NCBI GenBank assembly: GCA_037133175.1
Contig: JBAXOQ010000002.1
Location: 1-40,960, forward strand
DNA: 40,960 nt
Source: Actinomycetes bacterium
Lineage (GTDB): Bacteria > Actinomycetota > Actinomycetes > S36-B12 > UBA10799
Direction: 5' to 3'
The notes below the pieces were generated by a model, which saw nothing but the letters and a program-made list of their open reading frames with translations, was not told the DNA's origin and ran no database searches. Each line of letters starts with the position of its first letter. Position 1 is the first letter of the stretch. A program made the translations under genes and the position numbers. Shown piece after piece: positions 36,826 to 40,960 of this stretch.

Positions 36826-37712
36826 ACGCGGTGACCGACCGCCCGCGGCCGCTGCAGGTGCGCGGCGAGGTGCTCGCCGTCCGCCGGGCCGGGGACTACT
36901 ACGTGATGGCATTCGCTGCCCCCGGCGTTGCCGATCTGACCGTCCCAGGGCACTTCGTTGCGCTGTCCGTCGGTGGTTCACCCACCGCTATGCTGCTGCG
37001 CCGATGCTTCTCGATCCACCACGTCGACCCGGTCAGTGTGGTCGGCGGGACCGTCGAGATCGTCATCGATGCGCACGGTCCCGGTACCAAGTGGCTCGTT
37101 GAGCGGCGCCGGGGAGATCAACTTGACGTGGTCGCGCCGCTGGGTCGGCCGTTCTCATTGCCGAAGGAGCCGGTCGCGGCCGTGCTGGTCGGTGGAGGCT
37201 ACGGATCCGCCCCGCTCTTCATGCTGGCCGACCGGCTGCGCGAACGTGGCTCGCGGGTCGATCTAGTCCTCGGAGCGGCGACCGAGTCCAGGCTGTTCGG
37301 CGTGGTCGACGGCCGTCGTCGAGCCTCCTCGCTGACCGTCACCACCGAGGATGGTTCGTTCGGCACCAAGGGCCTGGTGACAGACGTGCTGGACCGGATT
37401 CTCGATGAGCACGGCGGGCAGGTGATTTACGGCTGCGGACCGATGGGAATGCTCCGCGCGCTGGCCGAGACCGCTCACGCCCGGGGTATTACCAGCCAGT
37501 GCGCGGTTGAAGAAGCCATGGCCTGCGGGATCGGCGTGTGTATGACCTGCGTGCTTCCAGTGATCGGTGCCGACGGCATTACCAGGATGACCCGCTCGTG
37601 TACTCAGGGGCCGGTGTTCTTCGGTGATGATGTGCGCTGGGACCAGGTCGGGCAGGTCCCCGATGACGCACTGGGATCTCCGGCTCGCGCCGCTGCTGGC
37701 GGTGAGCACTGA
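36822..37712 (+). CDS. pyrK: Dihydroorotate dehydrogenase (class 1B) electron-transfer subunit
   Basis: 296-aa ORF. FAD/NAD-binding ferredoxin-reductase fold ([16 protein letters not shown]) and a C-terminal 2Fe-2S Cys cluster [14 protein letters not shown] overlap with carB. Confidence 0.88.
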
Positions 37713-38707
37713 TGGCGGCCAGTGACCAGAGCTTGACTCGACCGCGGCGCTCGGTCGATATGCGTGCGGACCTGGCGTGGGCCGAATTGCCGTCTCCGAT
37801 CCTGACAGCTTCAGGCTGCGCCGCGGCCGGTCGCGAACTCGACCGCTTCTTCGATATCACCAAGATCGGCGCGGTCGTCACCAAGAGCATCATGGTTGAA
37901 CCGCGCTCGGGGCGAGCGACTCCTCGGATGGCTGAGACGCCGTCCGGAATGCTCAATTCGATCGGTTTGCAAGGCCCTGGCATTGAGCACTTCATCACGA
38001 AGGATCTGGCCTGGTTGCTGCAGCGAGGCGCTCGGGTCGTCGTGTCCATTGCGGGCGGCTCAGTCAACGAATACGCTGCCCTCGCGAACCGTCTTCGGCA
38101 TGAGCAGGGCATCAGCGCGATCGAAGTGAACATCTCGTGCCCCAACGTGGAAGACCGCGGCCAGGTGTTCGCCTGCGACCCGCGAGCCGCTGCCGCGGTT
38201 GTCGGTGCTGTCCGACGACACAGCAACGCCTCGATGCCCGTGTTCGCCAAGCTCTCGCCGGACGTGACCAGCATCGTCGACGTGGCCGCAGCGTGCGTGT
38301 CCGCCGGCGCCGATGGGTTGTCGGTTATCAACACCGCGCTTGGCATGGTCATCGACACCCAGACCATGCGCCCGCAACTGGCCGGCGTTACCGGAGGGTT
38401 GTCCGGCCCAGCCATCAGGCCAATCGCGGTGCGCTGCGTCTGGCAGATTCGCCAGGCCCTGCCGGACGTGCCGATCTTGGGGATGGGTGGGATCATCACC
38501 GGGTTGGACGCATTGCAGTTCCTGCTCGCCGGCGCGAATGCCGTCAGCGTCGGCACCGCGGTATTCAACGACCCGTCGGCTCCGCTGCGGATCCATCGCG
38601 AACTCGAGGTCGCCTTGGCCGACCGCGATTTCGGCCGGTTGCGCGATGCGGTCAGCTTCGCCCACCGCCGCGATGAGGTCAGCCACCTGCTGCGCGGTCG
38701 TTCCTGA
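37712..38707 (+). CDS. pyrD: Dihydroorotate dehydrogenase, class 1B catalytic subunit
   Basis: 331-aa ORF with NSIGLQGPG, EVNISCPN and GGIITGLDALQFLLAGA motifs. No N-terminal membrane anchor. 1-nt overlap with pyrK. An alternative ATG at 37760 (MRADLAW) is possible. Confidence 0.9.
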   Translation: MAASDQSLTRPRRSVDMRADLAWAELPSPILTASGCAAAGRELDRFFDITKIGAVVTKSIMVEPRSGRATPRMAETPSGMLNSIGLQGPGIEHFITKDLAWLLQRGARVVVSIAGGSVNEYAALANRLRHEQGISAIEVNISCPNVEDRGQVFACDPRAAAAVVGAVRRHSNASMPVFAKLSPDVTSIVDVAAACVSAGADGLSVINTALGMVIDTQTMRPQLAGVTGGLSGPAIRPIAVRCVWQIRQALPDVPILGMGGIITGLDALQFLLAGANAVSVGTAVFNDPSAPLRIHRELEVALADRDFGRLRDAVSFAHRRDEVSHLLRGRS

Positions 38708-38721
38708 CGGTTCTCGTTGCT

Positions 38722-38738
38722 CCCGGCTACGAGCCGGG
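38722..38738. terminator. Short GC-rich hairpin between convergent pyrD and the Ig/RTX gene (possible bidirectional terminator)
   Basis: CCCGGCT-ACG-AGCCGGG: perfect 7-bp stem, 3-nt loop, 15 nt after the pyrD stop. It overlaps the stop codon (38727-38729) of the minus-strand gene. There is no U tract on either side. Confidence 0.3.
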
Positions 38739-40355
38739 ACCGATGCGAGTGCAGGGCCCGACCAGCGTGTCCCCGGCATCGGCCATGACAAGATTCTTGC
38801 GGCTGTGGCACACCACAAGATCCGTGCCGGAGCCGTCCAGCGCGTTGATAAGGGTTCGGCCACGGCCACCGATGAGCACGTCTTTGCCCAATCCACCGAC
38901 AAGCAGGGAACGTCCAGACGGGGCACCGCGCAACCGGTCGTTGCCGGGACCACCTGATGCAGCGGTCGCCGAGGTTCCCAACGTGATCGTGTCGTTTCCG
39001 GGACCGCCCGTTGCCAGCGTCCGCGAATGCAGCACGGTGAGGCTGTCGTTGCCGAAACCGCCGAAGAGGAATGACTTGGCGTGACGACTGGTCAGGGTGT
39101 CGTTGCCAAACGATCCGTAGCCGGCTCGACCAATGATCATCGCCGGAGCCGACGTGGGTCGGCAGACCAACTGCACGTCGAGGTGCGTCCCGTCCGGTAT
39201 GCCCTGCTCCCGCAGGCTGTAGGTACCGTTCTTGAGGATTTTGAAGCCGGGCTCATCGATATCGACGGTCGGCGACAGCATCGACGTCTGCACGGCGGAA
39301 TAGCGCTTGGGGCAGCGGATGGACAGCGGCAGTGGGGTCACGATCGACCTATTGACCACGCGCAGTTGCGGGTCAGCGGCGGCGATGTCGCCGCGGGGCT
39401 GCGCTGTTTCCTGCCCGTCCGTGGCTACCGATGAAGCCGCCATTGAACTTGAGCTAGCGCCGACGGTCAAGCTCAGCGAAGTATTCAGAGTCGCCGGGGT
39501 CAGGCCGCTTTGGGGCGGGGTCAAGCAGTGAGCGGCTAGACCCTGGCTGGTCACCGGGAGGCCGGTGTAGGAGGCGTACAGCTTGTACGATCCGGCTGGC
39601 AGGCTCGTCGGCGTCACCAGGGTGGCCGAGCCGTTGGACAACGTCGCCGAGCCGAGCGCCACATCGTTGCCGCTGACTACCTGGTTGGAGCAGTTCTTCG
39701 TGACCGGGCTGCGTTCGCTGTTGCTGGCCTGCCGAAAGAGCGCGACGGTTCCAGTCGGCGTGCCACCACCGTCCGGTGCGGTGACAGTGACGTTGTACGA
39801 GGCCTGCTGTCCAACAGTGATTGCACTCGGTCCCGACATAGCGAGCTTGGAGATGTAGGAGGAGTTCACCGCAATCGAATAGTTCGTACTGCAGTTATGG
39901 ACAAATTGATCATCGGCCACTGAAGCCTGCGAGGTATTCCACAGCACGGCAGCATTCCAATGCCGATTGCCACTGCTGCCGTTGAAGGCCGTGTAGGTGA
40001 TCGATGACCCGAGGCCGGTGTTTGCGGCATTGGTGTAGATGTAGGTGACGGTGACGCCCCCGGTCTGTCCGTGGCAGTTGTAGCGCTTGACGTAGCCCAT
40101 CGCCGTGTTTGAGGTCCAGGTGTGGGTATGGCCCTGACCGATGCTGGAGTTTCCACTCGCCGCGACATAGGCGCAGGTATACGTCGAGCCAGTCCACATC
40201 AACCTGTCCGACGACCCTCCGGTCTTACTGGTACACGTTCCAGCCGACGCGGGTGCGGCCAAGCCGACCACGGCGAACACCATGATTCCGGCAACGACCA
40301 TCGCGCACGCGGCGCGGCCTCGAGTGAGAATACGCTGACGCAGGGCCTCATCCAT
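38727..40355 (-). CDS. Secreted protein: unknown Cys-containing N-terminal domain, bacterial Ig-like (Big_3_5-like) domain, and C-terminal RTX-type calcium-binding GGxGxD repeats
   Basis: ATG at 40355 is preceded by GGAG. The signal peptide MDEALRQRILTRGRAACAMVVAGIMVFAVVGLAAPASA has an AxA site. Ig-like signature VTVTAPDGGGTPTGTVALF ... GSATLSNGSATL ... LPAGSYKLYASYTG. At least five nonapeptide-like repeats are present (GSFGNDTL, GGFGNDSL, GGPGNDTI, GGPGNDRL, GGLGKDVL). GC is well below that of its neighbours. The ORF is open to 40403. Confidence 0.8.
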   Translation of the reverse strand: MDEALRQRILTRGRAACAMVVAGIMVFAVVGLAAPASAGTCTSKTGGSSDRLMWTGSTYTCAYVAASGNSSIGQGHTHTWTSNTAMGYVKRYNCHGQTGGVTVTYIYTNAANTGLGSSITYTAFNGSSGNRHWNAAVLWNTSQASVADDQFVHNCSTNYSIAVNSSYISKLAMSGPSAITVGQQASYNVTVTAPDGGGTPTGTVALFRQASNSERSPVTKNCSNQVVSGNDVALGSATLSNGSATLVTPTSLPAGSYKLYASYTGLPVTSQGLAAHCLTPPQSGLTPATLNTSLSLTVGASSSSMAASSVATDGQETAQPRGDIAAADPQLRVVNRSIVTPLPLSIRCPKRYSAVQTSMLSPTVDIDEPGFKILKNGTYSLREQGIPDGTHLDVQLVCRPTSAPAMIIGRAGYGSFGNDTLTSRHAKSFLFGGFGNDSLTVLHSRTLATGGPGNDTITLGTSATAASGGPGNDRLRGAPSGRSLLVGGLGKDVLIGGRGRTLINALDGSGTDLVVCHSRKNLVMADAGDTLVGPCTRIGPGS

Positions 40356-40403
40356 GATCTCCGACACGCGATCACGGTAGACGGGCACGCAATCCGGATG
40401 CAA

Positions 40404-40432
40404 GCCTGCGACACTCGCGGGCAGCCTTTTTT
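40404..40432 (+). terminator. Intrinsic-terminator-like hairpin plus T6 tract on the + strand, upstream of pyrF
   Basis: GCCTGCG-ACACT-CGCGGGC: 7-bp stem including one G-U pair, at 40404-40422. AGCC and TTTTTT (40427-40432) follow. A T6 run is unusual in this GC-rich window. No + strand gene ends here. Confidence 0.45.
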
Positions 40433-40552
40433 GCGCAATGCGACTTGGCCGCCGAATCAGGCGATCATGCGCGCAGCGGCGGTTCGCTGCAACACCTGTC
40501 AGGTGAGAGAATCAGCGCACCGCTGGACCACCGCGAGCCGAGGAGAACAACG

Positions 40553-40756
40553 ATGACCGTACGCGCACCGATCGCCGTTGCCCTGGATGCACCCGACTTG
40601 GCGACGGCCTGTGAGTGGGCGAACGCCGTCGGACCTTACGTCAGTCATGTCAAAGTGGGACTGCAGACCTATCTGCGCGATGGTGCCGACGGGGTGGTTG
40701 CGATTCAAGCAGCAACGGGTTCCGGCGTCGCGCTCTTCCTCGATCTGAAGCTGCAT
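40553..40756 (+). CDS. pyrF: Orotidine 5'-phosphate decarboxylase, N-terminal 68 codons only (homology stops abruptly)
   Basis: GAGGAG Shine-Dalgarno sequence 7 nt upstream of the [71 protein letters not shown] matches the type-1 PyrF N-terminus up to the conserved FLDLKLH. The expected DIPNT does not follow. The frame stays open to the window end but is no longer PyrF-like. This ORF is absent from the supplied ORF track. Confidence 0.8.
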
Positions 40757-40960
40757 GGTCTTTCGTTGGATGGCATCGATCTCCTGAGGAAGACTGTCGA
40801 CCTCTATCTTGATGTTGGCCGCCGCCTCGTCGACAAGATCGATCGCTTTGTCAGGGAGAAACCGCTCGCACAAGTACCGGTCAGACAAGGTTGCTGCAGC
40901 TACGAGCGCGCTGTCTTGAATCCGAATGCCATGGTGCACCTCATAGCGCTCCTTCAGGCC
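40733..40960 (-). CDS. clpB: ClpB chaperone, internal fragment (end of NBD1 and start of the M-domain); runs off the window
   Basis: The reverse strand reads [76 protein letters not shown]. This is the highly conserved ClpB segment (compare E. coli [14 protein letters not shown] ... IDSKPEELD ... QLKLEQQ). Homology ends at about 40733. My hand count gives 56% GC, with many A/T-ending codons unlike the rest of the window. Confidence 0.85.

Noticed and set aside
40122-40556. 144-aa + strand ORF spanning the 5' end of the Ig/RTX gene and the pyrF upstream region.
   Set aside because: It runs through the terminator-like hairpin and T tract, is Arg-rich with no motifs, and overlaps the signal-peptide region of the far better supported minus-strand gene.

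Overview
High-GC actinobacterial core-chromosome segment. My hand counts of sampled stretches give about 70% GC in housekeeping genes. Almost everything is on the + strand and tightly packed, in this order: dnaE; a small membrane protein; ybaK-like deacylase (-); hisD-hisC-hisB-hisH-hisA(PriA type)-hisF; two minus-strand inserts (a TIGR03085/DinB-like protein and a pentapeptide-repeat lipoprotein); hisI-trpE; an OmpR-type response regulator and histidine kinase chained to trpE; a CD225/dispanin plus DUF2752 membrane pair; trpC-trpB-trpA; a DsbA-like oxidoreductase; lgt; gltB-gltD-pyk; a divergent bldD orthologue (-); and pyrR-pyrB-pyrC-carA-carB-pyrK-pyrD. After pyrD comes a low-GC, opposite-strand gene for a secreted Ig-like/RTX-repeat protein. 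It is followed by the first 68 codons of pyrF, which end abruptly in an antisense internal fragment of clpB at the window edge. I saw no rRNA, tRNA, CRISPR array, transposase or integrase. I did not find a convincing multi-gene novel system. The parts most worth a second look are the pyrF/clpB breakpoint, the foreign-looking Ig/RTX cassette splitting pyrD from pyrF, the two-component system translationally chained to hisI-trpE, the dispanin/DUF2752 pair, a candidate PyrR-binding leader, and a perfect 12-nt direct repeat in front of gltB. All family assignments come from motif recognition by eye; no database search was run.
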